From Candidatus Poribacteria bacterium (GTDB taxonomy: Bacteria; Poribacteria; WGA-4E; WGA-3G), in the NCBI GenBank assembly GCA_965205025.1, contig CBDBFU010000013.1, positions 32,001 to 96,000 on the forward strand: a DNA stretch of 64,000 bases, read 5' to 3'. Made by a program: the position numbers and the translations under genes. Under the pieces are notes generated by a model. The model searched no databases, was not told where the DNA came from, and saw only the letters and a program-made list of their open reading frames with translations. Positions 17,946-26,878 of this stretch are shown here, piece after piece; position 1 is the first letter of the stretch, and each line of letters begins with the position of its first letter.

Positions 17946-20581
17946 GCAAACCGCTAAAAGGATTCATCACTTATTCACATAAAGACGCTGCAGCAAAGGA
18001 CGAATTGCGAGAACGCCTTGCTGTCATGGAGCAGAAAAATGAACTCACCACTTGGCACGATGGTGAAATTACTGCGGGTGACGAGTGGTATGAAGATATT
18101 TCCAAAAATCTTGCAGGGTCGGATATGCTTCTCTACCTCGTATCAGCAGCAAGTCTTGCCTCTAAAAACTGCAACAAAGAATTAGCAGAAGCCTTAACCG
18201 CAGACATAAAAGTCATTCCGATCATTCTTGAGTATTGCGATTGGCAGCAGCATCAACTCAGCGACTTTGAGGTTCTACCTTCCAAAGGTAAACCGATTTC
18301 CAACTGGGAGGAACCGAGCGAAGGTTGGCAAAATGTAGTGGATGGAATCCGAAAAGTCGTTGAAATGCAGTCTGAGAATTGTTTTTCTGAAACTATTGAG
18401 AAAAAACTTCGAGCTGAATCAGAATTCCACCGTGGGAATGTTCAGCAGCTGCTTGGGCAGATAGATACGGCAATAGAAGCCTACTCACAGTCCATTGACC
18501 TTAAACCTCGTGTTGCTTGTTCTTATAACAATCGCGGGGCTGCTTACCAGAAAAAAGGAAACTTTGATCGCGCCATTGAAGATTTTAACACGGCAATTGA
18601 ACTAAAAAATGACTACAGCCAAGCTTATTATAATCGTGGGTTCACTTATTACGAAAACGGTAAAATTGAAAAAGCACTTGAAAACTATAATAAAGCAATA
18701 AAACTCAAACCTGATTATGCTGAAGCATATAGCAATCGAGGCAATATTTATAAAAAAGATAGCAATCTTGATAAAGCTGTCGCAGACTATAACATAGCGA
18801 TAAAACTCAAACCAGACCTTGCTGAAGTTCATTACAATCGCAGTGTAGTTTACGAAAATGAAGGCGATTATGATAGGGCTATCCAAGATTGTAACACAGC
18901 AATAAAACTCAAACCTGATTTTCCCGAGGCATACAATAATCGCGGTAACGCTTACATAGGAAAAGGTGAATTTGACAGTGCTATCAACGATTATGATATG
19001 ACGATAAAACTCAAACCCGATTATGCCGAGGCGTATTACAGCCGTGGTACTATTTATGGTAGAATTGGCAATTCTGATAGTGCAATTAAAGACTTTGATA
19101 AAGCGATAGAACTCAAACCTGATTTTCCAGAGGCATACAGTAATCGCGGTAACACTTACGTCTTTGAAGGCAAGTTGGAAAACGCTCTCAAAGACTACAC
19201 CGAAGCAATACAACTTAAACACGACTATGTTGATGCTTACTATAATCGTGGGGCAGTTTATGGCATAACAGGCAATTATGATAGGGCAATCAAAGATTAT
19301 ACCGAAGCGATAAAACTCAATCCACAACATGCCAACGCATATAATAATCGTGGAGTGGCTTGGTTACACCTGCAAGAATGGGATAAAGCCAAAACCGATT
19401 TCACAACTGCCAAACGGTTAGGTGTGGACATAATTGCAATATTCCATAATTCCTACAAAAATGTTGAGAGTTATGAGAAGCGACATCGTGTCAAATTACC
19501 AGAAGACATCGCATTGCTTTTGACAGAACGCCGTCGTACCCGCTACCCCAAAACGCGTAACTTTTTGGATGCCGATGGCAACCCGTTTGAATCGCCGGAC
19601 GTGGTGAATTTACGCGAGCAGTTGCGCAACGTTGGACCACCTTTAAGCGAGTACATCAATGCAAAGTCCGCCTTCGGTATTAACACTGCACCCACTGAGG
19701 TGTTTGTGGTAAACAAAGCAACACGAAATAAACTCATTGCAGCTCATCCTTCCTCTGCTGATATTTTAAAACCGTTTTTACACGGACAGGAGCTCAGACG
19801 TTGGTACGTTGATACACCGCACCAGTGGTTAATCTTTACCCACCGAGGTATAACAATAGACGACTATCCAGCAATCCTGGAGTATTTAGAAAAACATAAA
19901 GAACCTTTGAGGAAAAGAAAAGGAAAACAGGAATGGTATGAGTTGCCAGCACCTCTTAAAGATGTGGAGCGTTTTGCACAACCGAAACTGGTCTGTCCAA
20001 ATACCTATAACCATCAGACTTTCGCGGTGGATACTGCCGGTTATTATTATGGGAATACGTCCTATCTCATCCCAACTGAAGAAACGTGGCTTTGTGGTCT
20101 CCTCAATTCCCGTACTGTGGAGTGGTTTTATTCACAGGTGTCAAAACAATTGACGATTGATCCGCTTCGGGCGCGCAGCGGGTATATCCAGCAGATTCCG
20201 ATTCCCAACATCACGCCAGTACACAAAGCACTTATAGCTAAAGTCGTTGATTATCTGATCTGTCTACAGCAGCAACCGGAGATAAACAGCAAGGATTTGG
20301 CACATGCCCGTGACCGCATAATGCTCGGATATTTTGAGCGAGTTATTGATGGATTGGTTTATGAGGCTTACCTACCTGCTGAACTTCAGAAGAGCGATAA
20401 AGTTTTCTTGCAACCGTTATTAGACGAGGGGTTGCCGTCACTTGAAGAGATTCAGGGTGATAAAATGTCTGCTCTCCGGGACATCTTTGAGCTGTTATAT
20501 GACAGGATGCATCTTGTCCGACGCCACCTTTATTATCTGGATGTTATAAAACCTATCCGCATCATTCAAGGAAAACTGTGA
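17942..20581 (+). CDS. TIR domain - 10 TPR - TaqI_C-like (type IIG R-M specificity domain) fusion protein
   Basis: TIR: FITYSHKD, WHDGEI.AG, SKNCNKEL; ten 34-aa AYxNRG TPRs; C-terminal ILKPFLHG.ELRRW, YPAILEYL, WYEL, PKLV, LCGLLNS, QIPIP, IDGLVYE. Confidence 0.88.
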   Translation: MSKPLKGFITYSHKDAAAKDELRERLAVMEQKNELTTWHDGEITAGDEWYEDISKNLAGSDMLLYLVSAASLASKNCNKELAEALTADIKVIPIILEYCDWQQHQLSDFEVLPSKGKPISNWEEPSEGWQNVVDGIRKVVEMQSENCFSETIEKKLRAESEFHRGNVQQLLGQIDTAIEAYSQSIDLKPRVACSYNNRGAAYQKKGNFDRAIEDFNTAIELKNDYSQAYYNRGFTYYENGKIEKALENYNKAIKLKPDYAEAYSNRGNIYKKDSNLDKAVADYNIAIKLKPDLAEVHYNRSVVYENEGDYDRAIQDCNTAIKLKPDFPEAYNNRGNAYIGKGEFDSAINDYDMTIKLKPDYAEAYYSRGTIYGRIGNSDSAIKDFDKAIELKPDFPEAYSNRGNTYVFEGKLENALKDYTEAIQLKHDYVDAYYNRGAVYGITGNYDRAIKDYTEAIKLNPQHANAYNNRGVAWLHLQEWDKAKTDFTTAKRLGVDIIAIFHNSYKNVESYEKRHRVKLPEDIALLLTERRRTRYPKTRNFLDADGNPFESPDVVNLREQLRNVGPPLSEYINAKSAFGINTAPTEVFVVNKATRNKLIAAHPSSADILKPFLHGQELRRWYVDTPHQWLIFTHRGITIDDYPAILEYLEKHKEPLRKRKGKQEWYELPAPLKDVERFAQPKLVCPNTYNHQTFAVDTAGYYYGNTSYLIPTEETWLCGLLNSRTVEWFYSQVSKQLTIDPLRARSGYIQQIPIPNITPVHKALIAKVVDYLICLQQQPEINSKDLAHARDRIMLGYFERVIDGLVYEAYLPAELQKSDKVFLQPLLDEGLPSLEEIQGDKMSALRDIFELLYDRMHLVRRHLYYLDVIKPIRIIQGKL

Positions 20582-22006
20582 AAATAACCGACATTGAGAT
20601 AAAAAACTTCAGAGCTTTTCCCAAACCCTACCAAATCAAGCTGGATAATGCAGGAAAGAATTTATTAGTTTATGGAGAAAACGGGAGTGGAAAATCATCG
20701 TTGTATCTCGCGTTAAAATATTTCTTCAAATCAGGTTTGGATACCAACGACGAGAGTGACAAAAGTAATGATTTTGAAAGTCATCAGAACATCTTTGTCA
20801 ATGATCCTGGTCATGTCAAACTCTCTTTCGGTAAAGATTCCTATGAGTGGTCAAAATCCATTACAGAAACGACTGATGAACTGATTAAGGAGACAGCAAA
20901 AGCGAGCGGATTTCTTGACTATAAAGACCTTTTGGGAGTACACTATCTGCAACCCGAAGGCGAAGCAGTGAATGTGTTTGATTTGCTGGTTGAGACGCTT
21001 TTAGCATATACTATCAACCCTGTGACGGACAGAACCCTCGTAGACGATTGGGATGAGATCCAAGGAACCTTATCCCCGTAGAAGTGCAAAAAATAAAATT
21101 GCAGACCTTGAAAATCGGATAGACATCTTCAACATTGAACTTGCTAACAGATTAGATGAATTGCGTCCAAAAGTGAGCGAGATTCTTGGTAAGTTCGGAT
21201 ATAAAGTTGATCTTGATTTAGATTTTCAAGGTGTAACCTATAATCACACGAATAAAACGCTTGATAACCAGCAGATTCTATTGAATGTCAAATTCTTTGA
21301 CAAAGATGTCTCTAAAGAATACCTTTTGTTAAATGAAGCAAAATTGTCAGCAATTGCAATTTCCATTTATCTTTCATCGATTCTACTTCTACCAGATCCA
21401 GAAAGTGGATTGAGAATTCTTGCCCTTGATGATGTTCTAATCGGTTTGGACATGTCTAACCGCTTTCCAGTCCTTGATATACTTGAGGAGTACTTCAAAG
21501 ATTACCAAATCTTTTTGATGACTTACGATAAAGCCTGGTATGAGATTGCTAAACAACGGTTGGATGAGCAGAATTGGAAATACACTGAATTTTATTTCAA
21601 AGCAACCGACGAATACGAAATACCTGTGTGTAAGGAAGATAGACCATATTTGGAAAAAGCAAAAGAATATCTTGATGAGAATGACTATAAGGCTTGTGCT
21701 ATTTATGTTCGCACTGCATTTGAAGCGGCAATCAAGAAATATTGTGAGGAAAAAGACCTTGCTGTAAAATACCGTGAAAACCCAAAAGACTTGAAAAGTG
21801 AAGATTTCTGGGTGCCGATTAAAACAAAAATGAACGATGCTGGCAATCTTCTTTTGAATGTAAAAGTTGTTGACAAGATTGAATCGACTCGAAAATTTAC
21901 TTTAAACGAACTTTCTCATGTATCTGTTGCGAACATCTACATAAAAGAACTTGAGGATGCCATTGCAGCCGTGGAGGAGCTTGAAACTGCGTTAACATCA
22001 GTCTAA
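20578..22006 (+). CDS. ABC-type (SMC/RloC/PrrC-like) ATPase with C-terminal HEPN-like domain; one frameshift at about 21074-21081
   Basis: Walker A GENGSGKSS, LNEAKLSAIAIS signature, Walker B ILALDD..GLD, MTYD; C-terminal YVRTAFE and RKFTLNELSH; ORFs 20578-21081 and 21053-22006 join to about 475 aa if one base is removed. Confidence 0.8.
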
Positions 22007-22124
22007 GTTTTACTAAGTCATTCACAACGATACAGACCAGATCAGTGAACTGCTAACACCCCCACAACCATAGCAGCAAAACAAAAACACTCACCTTAGC
22101 GGATAACCTGATGTTACAGACTGC

Positions 22125-22170
22125 CAATCCGTGAAATCCGTGTAATCTGTGTAATCCGTGATTCAGACAA
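22125..22170. repeat. 9-bp-periodic CCGTGTAAT/GATTCAGA dispersed repeat
   Basis: ATCCGTGAAATCCGTGTAATCTGTGTAATCCGTGATTCAGACAA; relatives at about 12900, 25790, 25880, 57660, 57760, 57815 and 58545. Confidence 0.75.
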
Positions 22171-22234
22171 CAAAGAATCCCGAACAGACAAGACAACCCT
22201 CACACCACAGCACAAACCAATGCAAAGGCTTACA

Positions 22235-22318
22235 CTTGAAAACGGTCTTGCTAAGCTGGGGTCTGAACTGTCCAATTTAAGGGAAAAAGAAATTGCGATT
22301 GTGGAGAGGGCTGTCTGA
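22235..22318 (+). pseudogene. Second eroded type IIG R-M C-terminal tail
   Basis: Translates as LENGLAKLGSELSNLREKEIAIVERAV*, colinear with LENEIDKLVCELYNLTVDEIAILEGKE* at about 17862-17945. Confidence 0.55.
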
Positions 22319-22410
22319 TTAGTAGAAGGCACTGAGTTTGAGAGGGTAATAGGGATTTTGGTTGATATGTGGGGGTTGGTTGCGTTATCATTACCCTCAA
22401 GTAATACGAA

Positions 22411-23094
22411 TTGTGCGGGAGAAAAGATATGCAAGAACTAAATCAAAGGTTTGTTAATGCCTCTTACGACCTCAATTTTATTTATGCTGATAACACACTT
22501 TTTCGCAAACAGAATAGTGTTGAGGCACACAATAACCAAGGCATTAATCATGCCGAAAATGGACATTATGATCTTGCCATCACCTCCTTCAACAAAGCCA
22601 TAGAACTGAAACCTGATTTTGCAACAGCCTATAATAATCGAGGTCTAACTTATCTGCTCAACGACGAAGTTGATAAGGCAATAAGAGATTATACGAAAGT
22701 AATAGAACTTAACCCAGATAATGCGGAAGTCTATAACATTCGTGGATGTATTTATTTCAGCAAAAATGTGGTTGACCGTGCCATTAAAGACTTTAATAAA
22801 GCAATAGAGCTTAACCCAGATAATGCCGTTGTCTATAACAACCGCGGTTTAGCTTATGCGAAAAAAAGTATGGTGGAACTCGCTATTGCTGACTATTCTA
22901 AAGCGATAGCACTCAATCCCGATTATACTGAGGTATATTATTATCGCGGAGGTGCATTGTTACGACTCGAAAAGCGAGAGAGGGCTAAATTAGACATCGC
23001 GATTGCCAGAAGCATGGAATATGACGCTCTCATTGCCTTAGACAAAATTCTGAAAGAATACGATCGCGGATGGAAAACCCTTGCCGACTTATGA
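22411..23094 (+). CDS. TPR repeat protein (start possibly 22429)
   Basis: Five AYNNRG-type TPRs similar to those of the TIR fusion. Confidence 0.8.
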   Translation: MCGRKDMQELNQRFVNASYDLNFIYADNTLFRKQNSVEAHNNQGINHAENGHYDLAITSFNKAIELKPDFATAYNNRGLTYLLNDEVDKAIRDYTKVIELNPDNAEVYNIRGCIYFSKNVVDRAIKDFNKAIELNPDNAVVYNNRGLAYAKKSMVELAIADYSKAIALNPDYTEVYYYRGGALLRLEKRERAKLDIAIARSMEYDALIALDKILKEYDRGWKTLADL

Positions 23095-23233
23095 AATATT
23101 TAGATGATTGCAGACAATAAAATCCGCGTCCTTCGCGCACAAACTGCCGATTAGCATTCCCCGCTAAAACAATTGATGATCAACGAAAGTTGTGATATAC
23201 TCTTTTCAACTGTTTCACGAAGAGGTGGATATC

Positions 23234-23460
23234 ATGAAAACGCTCCCATTAGAAATAGACCATAAAATCAAGTTGCCCCGTGACTGGGTCAGAGAATTAG
23301 GATTGGAATCGGGTATTATACTTGAACTGACAGACGAGGGATCCTCATCCGTCCCTACTCAGCACAGACGTGGGACGAAATCTATGCCGAGAAACTCAAA
23401 ATGGGAATTCCTTCGGTATTAGACCTGTCCGAGGTAAGTGGTGATGACCTTATCTTCTGA
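23234..23460 (+). pseudogene. AbrB/MazE-like antitoxin, frameshifted at about 23340
   Basis: MKTLPLEIDHKIKLPRDWVRELGL...TDEG continues in another frame as ILIRPYSAQTWDEIYAEKL...DDLIF*. Confidence 0.6.
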
Positions 23461-23521
23461 ACAATTCGCCGGTCGCGGATTAGACGCAATGCTGATCGTC
23501 TATTCTTTGCTCAATGACCAT
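23438..23521 (+). pseudogene. N-terminal fragment of a PIN/VapC-like toxin
   Basis: GLDAMLIVYSLLNDH resembles a PIN start motif; overlaps the antitoxin stop; similarity ends at the convergent gene. Confidence 0.45.
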
Positions 23522-23742
23522 CAATTGTTTATTTCTTGTTGTCTCATAGCAAGGTGTTTGTTAATCAGTTCAAGCACTGCGGGTACCAATTCGGTAGGAA
23601 TCGTCATCAATGTGTTAGACTCATCCTGAAATGCAGCCTCATCTTCAGCAACAGCTTCACCCTCTGTTTGGTCTTCATAATGTGTAATAACACTTTGTAC
23701 GCTTGCTTCATCCCACCCAGGTGGAAATTTAATCTGCGTCAT
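23521..23742 (-). CDS. Small conserved protein of TA-associated type
   Basis: FPPGWDE..V..VI.HYE.QTE.EAVAEDEAAF motif; AAGGAG RBS. Confidence 0.65.
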   Translation of the reverse strand: MTQIKFPPGWDEASVQSVITHYEDQTEGEAVAEDEAAFQDESNTLMTIPTELVPAVLELINKHLAMRQQEINN

Positions 23743-24024
23743 CGTCTGTTTCTCCTTAGAACATCTTCTACCTCATCCTCGTTGACATTATTGAGTGTAC
23801 TTAATAGTCTCTGATAAGGGACGGGGAATGCCTTAAGGTATTCATACTGTTGATTTTGTAGGTGAGTTCTCCAATCAGAGATGAGTAATTAACATTTAGA
23901 AATGGTATCATTTACCCGGTTTGCATAGTGAAAGCGTGTTTGAAGAGGGTAAGGAGTGATACCACAAACTAACAGTATGTGGTACAAAGAGGAACAGTGA
24001 ACAATAGTTGTATATGGACAGGGA

Positions 24025-24285
24025 TCATCCGACTGCGATAGCGTAATTGGTCAATGCTGGACTCCGTTTTTTTGCACGTTTTGCAGTCTCTATTAACTCT
24101 TTGACAGTGTCAATTAGGGCATCCATCGTTTCCGGTGTGAAGGAGGGATCTCCATCTTCTGGACACACCCATGCCCAGACATTTTCTATCCGAACAGATA
24201 TATCATCTTCGGTATATTCAAAGACAGTTTGACTCCATACTTTTTCTTTTTTGTGCTGTGTACAGATTGGTATAGGGTTATTCAT
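24025..24285 (-). CDS. YgiT-type zinc-finger-like antitoxin
   Basis: CTQH...IENVWAWVCPEDG; directly downstream of the DUF4258 gene. Confidence 0.65.
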   Translation of the reverse strand: MNNPIPICTQHKKEKVWSQTVFEYTEDDISVRIENVWAWVCPEDGDPSFTPETMDALIDTVKELIETAKRAKKRSPALTNYAIAVG

Positions 24286-24288
24286 AGA

Positions 24289-24624
24289 TTACCTCTCTTT
24301 GCGTTTCCTATGCTGAAAAGTTGGTGGTTCCCATTGAAGTTCATCAGGAATATAAGCGGTTATGAACTCAATTAGGACTGGATGAGCATGTTCACAGACG
24401 ACATGTAGGTAAACGGGTACGCCGTCTTGGAGCGTTGTCCTACCACTAATTAAGACTCGTTCTTCCTCTAAATATTCCTCTATGATCTCCCCATTCAAAA
24501 TTACGTCAATAATATGTTTACGTTCAAAACCTTCTTTTAATGCGTGCTGCACAGCATGTGGTTTCGTCAGATAGTGTCCATCGCGGATTCTATTTTGTAT
24601 AGTTTGTATATTCAAAGTTTCCAT
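24289..24624 (-). CDS. DUF4258 family putative toxin
   Basis: HAVQH, ILNGEIIEEY, LHVVC, ITAYIPD..W. Confidence 0.8.
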   Translation of the reverse strand: METLNIQTIQNRIRDGHYLTKPHAVQHALKEGFERKHIIDVILNGEIIEEYLEEERVLISGRTTLQDGVPVYLHVVCEHAHPVLIEFITAYIPDELQWEPPTFQHRKRKER

Positions 24625-24877
24625 TACACTGGTATATAAAGCGTTCTACCAGCATATAATTAAAGAATATATTATTCTTGTTGTAATGTCAAATGGTAAT
24701 TGAACAAGGGGTGCATAAATAATTTGTCCCTATGGGTCAACTTAAAAAATTTGCTGATCTCCATGTAAGACTGGTTGGTTTTATTCCAAATAATGGTATA
24801 AGTTGACTATATGCAAAATATACCATATACTTTAATTCAACGAATATATGAAAAGTATTATAAAGAGGATCAAATAC

Positions 24878-25198
24878 ATGGCAATTGCAAAAATCCGAGA
24901 ACATGGACAGATAACCATTCCTAAACCAATCAGAGAAAGTTTAGGACTTAAAAAGGGTGATATCGTTGATGCACGACTTGAAGGAGATTGTGTAGTAATC
25001 ACTCCCAGAAAAATGGTTTCATCGGAGGACTGGGAAAAACTCTTGCAAGTCATGAATAGTGTGCATGAACAGAACAAAGGTATAAGTGAAGAACAAGTCT
25101 ATCAAGATGTAGAACGTGCAGTTGCTGAACTTCGACAAGAAGAATATGGTAAACAGAATATTGCCCACAATATTAGGATGGACTGTCCACTATTGTAG
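24878..25198 (+). CDS. AbrB/MazE/SpoVT family antitoxin or regulator (orphan)
   Basis: GQITIPKPIRESLGLKKGDIV; GAGGA RBS before the ATG at 24878. Confidence 0.8.
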   Translation: MAIAKIREHGQITIPKPIRESLGLKKGDIVDARLEGDCVVITPRKMVSSEDWEKLLQVMNSVHEQNKGISEEQVYQDVERAVAELRQEEYGKQNIAHNIRMDCPLL

Positions 25199-25231
25199 AA
25201 TGTCGAATTAATACTAAAATCTATCATAGCC

Positions 25232-25327
25232 ATGTTTCACAGTCAAACCGAACTTATTGAAAAAATCATGTTGGGAGAAGAGTCAACGATAGAATTCAAA
25301 AGAGAGATGCCACACAGATATTCGTGA
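25232..25327 (+). pseudogene. N-terminal fragment of a Schlafen/AlbA_2 ATP-binding protein
   Basis: MFHSQTELIEKIMLGEESTIEFKRE, then stop. Confidence 0.55.
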
Positions 25328-25334
25328 AATAATA

Positions 25335-25583
25335 ATGGAGGCTATCATGCAAGAGTCATCAGTTATTCAACATTTCCTTCAACAAGGCATTGATCAAGGC
25401 GTGCGAGAAAGTCTCATTGAGGGCATCCTTGAAAACTTGGAGGTACGTTTCCATGCTCACAACTTGCAAGAAGTAAAGACAGCATTGGAACGTATTGAAA
25501 CGCTGCAACGTCTTAGACAATTGCGCCGTACATCCTTACAGGCACAGAGTCTGGAAGCTTTCCAGCAAACGTTAAATGAATAG
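25335..25583 (+). pseudogene. C-terminal fragment of an Rpn/DUF4351-like protein
   Basis: MQESSVIQHF.QQGI.QG...LEVRF...LRQL...SLEAF. Confidence 0.6.
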
Positions 25584-25626
25584 ACACAGAAGTTTGCTGA
25601 CAATGTTTTTCGAAGATGTGAATATC

Positions 25627-25690
25627 ATGAACGACTATAGAGACATTATTACCATTGAACCGAGTAAACATAGCGACAACCATGTATTCG
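25627..25690 (+). pseudogene. N-terminal fragment of a DUF433 antitoxin
   Basis: MNDYRDIITIEPSK resembles DUF433 starts; similarity is lost afterwards. Confidence 0.45.
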
Positions 25691-25779
25691 TGGAACGCGA
25701 CTCAACATCTTTATTCAATTCGTTTATTATAGAGGTAAAGATAAAGATGCAAATCATAGTAAGAGAATTCTGATAGGAA

Positions 25780-25950
25780 AACATCCTCTCCGTGTAATCC
25801 GCGATTCAGAAAATACACATCTTTGTACCACAAACTTTTAGTTTGTAAGATTACTCCTTATCCTCTACAAACCCTCTCCTCCGCGTAATCCGTGATACAG
25901 AAACGAGAACCATCCACACACAAAAACCCTCTTCTCCGTGAAATCCGTAC
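25780..25950. repeat. Composite repeat module (CCGCGTAATCCG..TTCAGA units plus CACAAACT/AGTTTGTG REP-like hairpin)
   Basis: Homologous, in inverted orientation and with shuffled order, to 57700-57850. Confidence 0.75.
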
Positions 25951-26291
25951 TGTTTATACCGATCTTACAATAATATCAAATAAATTGAAGAAAAATATAA
26001 AACCAGCAACAAATAAACAACAGATAAAAAGCACCGTAAAATCCATAAATTCACAGAACGCCAGACAAAAGACAAATGGAATTCACTTGCATACAATATT
26101 CACATACGTTATAATATATGTAATACAGAGTATAGTATGAACCCAAAAACCGTTTTCATTACTTTTATAATAACTTTGGATTTCCAAAATATTTTGGAAA
26201 TCCAACAAACCTATGCCAATACAGGATTTATGACACACCCATCAAAATACAGAAATGCCATATTTAATAACAGATTAAAAATGTCCGATTT

Positions 26292-26541
26292 ACATAACAG
26301 CCTGAAAACCCTTTCTGGTATGGGCGTTAGAGCAATTTTGAGTAAGCAATTTAAAAATTGTGTTATAAAAATCAAAATTACAGTTTTGGATATCATAAAT
26401 AAACTAAAGAAAAGGCAAAATTCAAATTTTTATAATTTCTATTTCAATTTGGTATAAACCCAGACTATGACAGGGGTTACAAGGGTAATTTACACCAATT
26501 TCAATGTTACACGATGTAACGAAAAGTGTAACTTTTTTCAT
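26292..26541 (+). repeat. ~250-bp conserved non-coding element, copy 1
   Basis: Aligns by eye with the reverse complement of 56730-56978. Confidence 0.8.
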
Positions 26542-26814
26542 TTTTTTAACGCATAAAGAAATGCAACAACAAGAACTACTGTCTGAGTATTTAGGATTGT
26601 GATCCAAGAGTGTATACCATCTACAATCCAATTAAGTAAAATATAATATAACATATGTGATTCACGGAGAATTGGGGTTATTAAATCTATAAACCTTTAT
26701 AGAATAAGGGTTCGCAAAATTGCTCCGTGAAGGTTTCCGTGAATGAAGGTGTGGATTTCTCAATCGGATGTTAACAGAATCTTAACCATGAGATCAGATA
26801 TCGTCCAATGTTCA

Positions 26815-26843
26815 TTGACAAGAACCATAGTATAATATAGAAT
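26815..26843 (+). promoter_or_regulatory. Putative sigma70 promoter of the LamG gene
   Basis: TTGACA-17 bp-TAGAAT; AGGAGGA RBS follows. Confidence 0.55.
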
Positions 26844-26878
26844 ATCCCTATTAAACTCTTGTTAGGAGGAAGCAAACT

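Noticed and set aside
18602-19330. 242-aa antisense ORF
   Set aside because: Shadow of the TPR repeats on the opposite strand
18500-19350. DGR-like or shufflon-like variable repeats in the TPR region
   Set aside because: The 102-bp periodicity is explained by TPR coding; no reverse transcriptase, invertase or adenine-specific variation seen
22000-25800. Integron cassette array
   Set aside because: No integrase, mixed gene orientations and no consistent attC-like sites recognised
25892-26631. ORFs in the AT-rich region (also 56808-56996, 57155-57403, 57702-58129)
   Set aside because: They overlap dispersed repeats or an antisense gene; reading frames are not preserved between repeat copies
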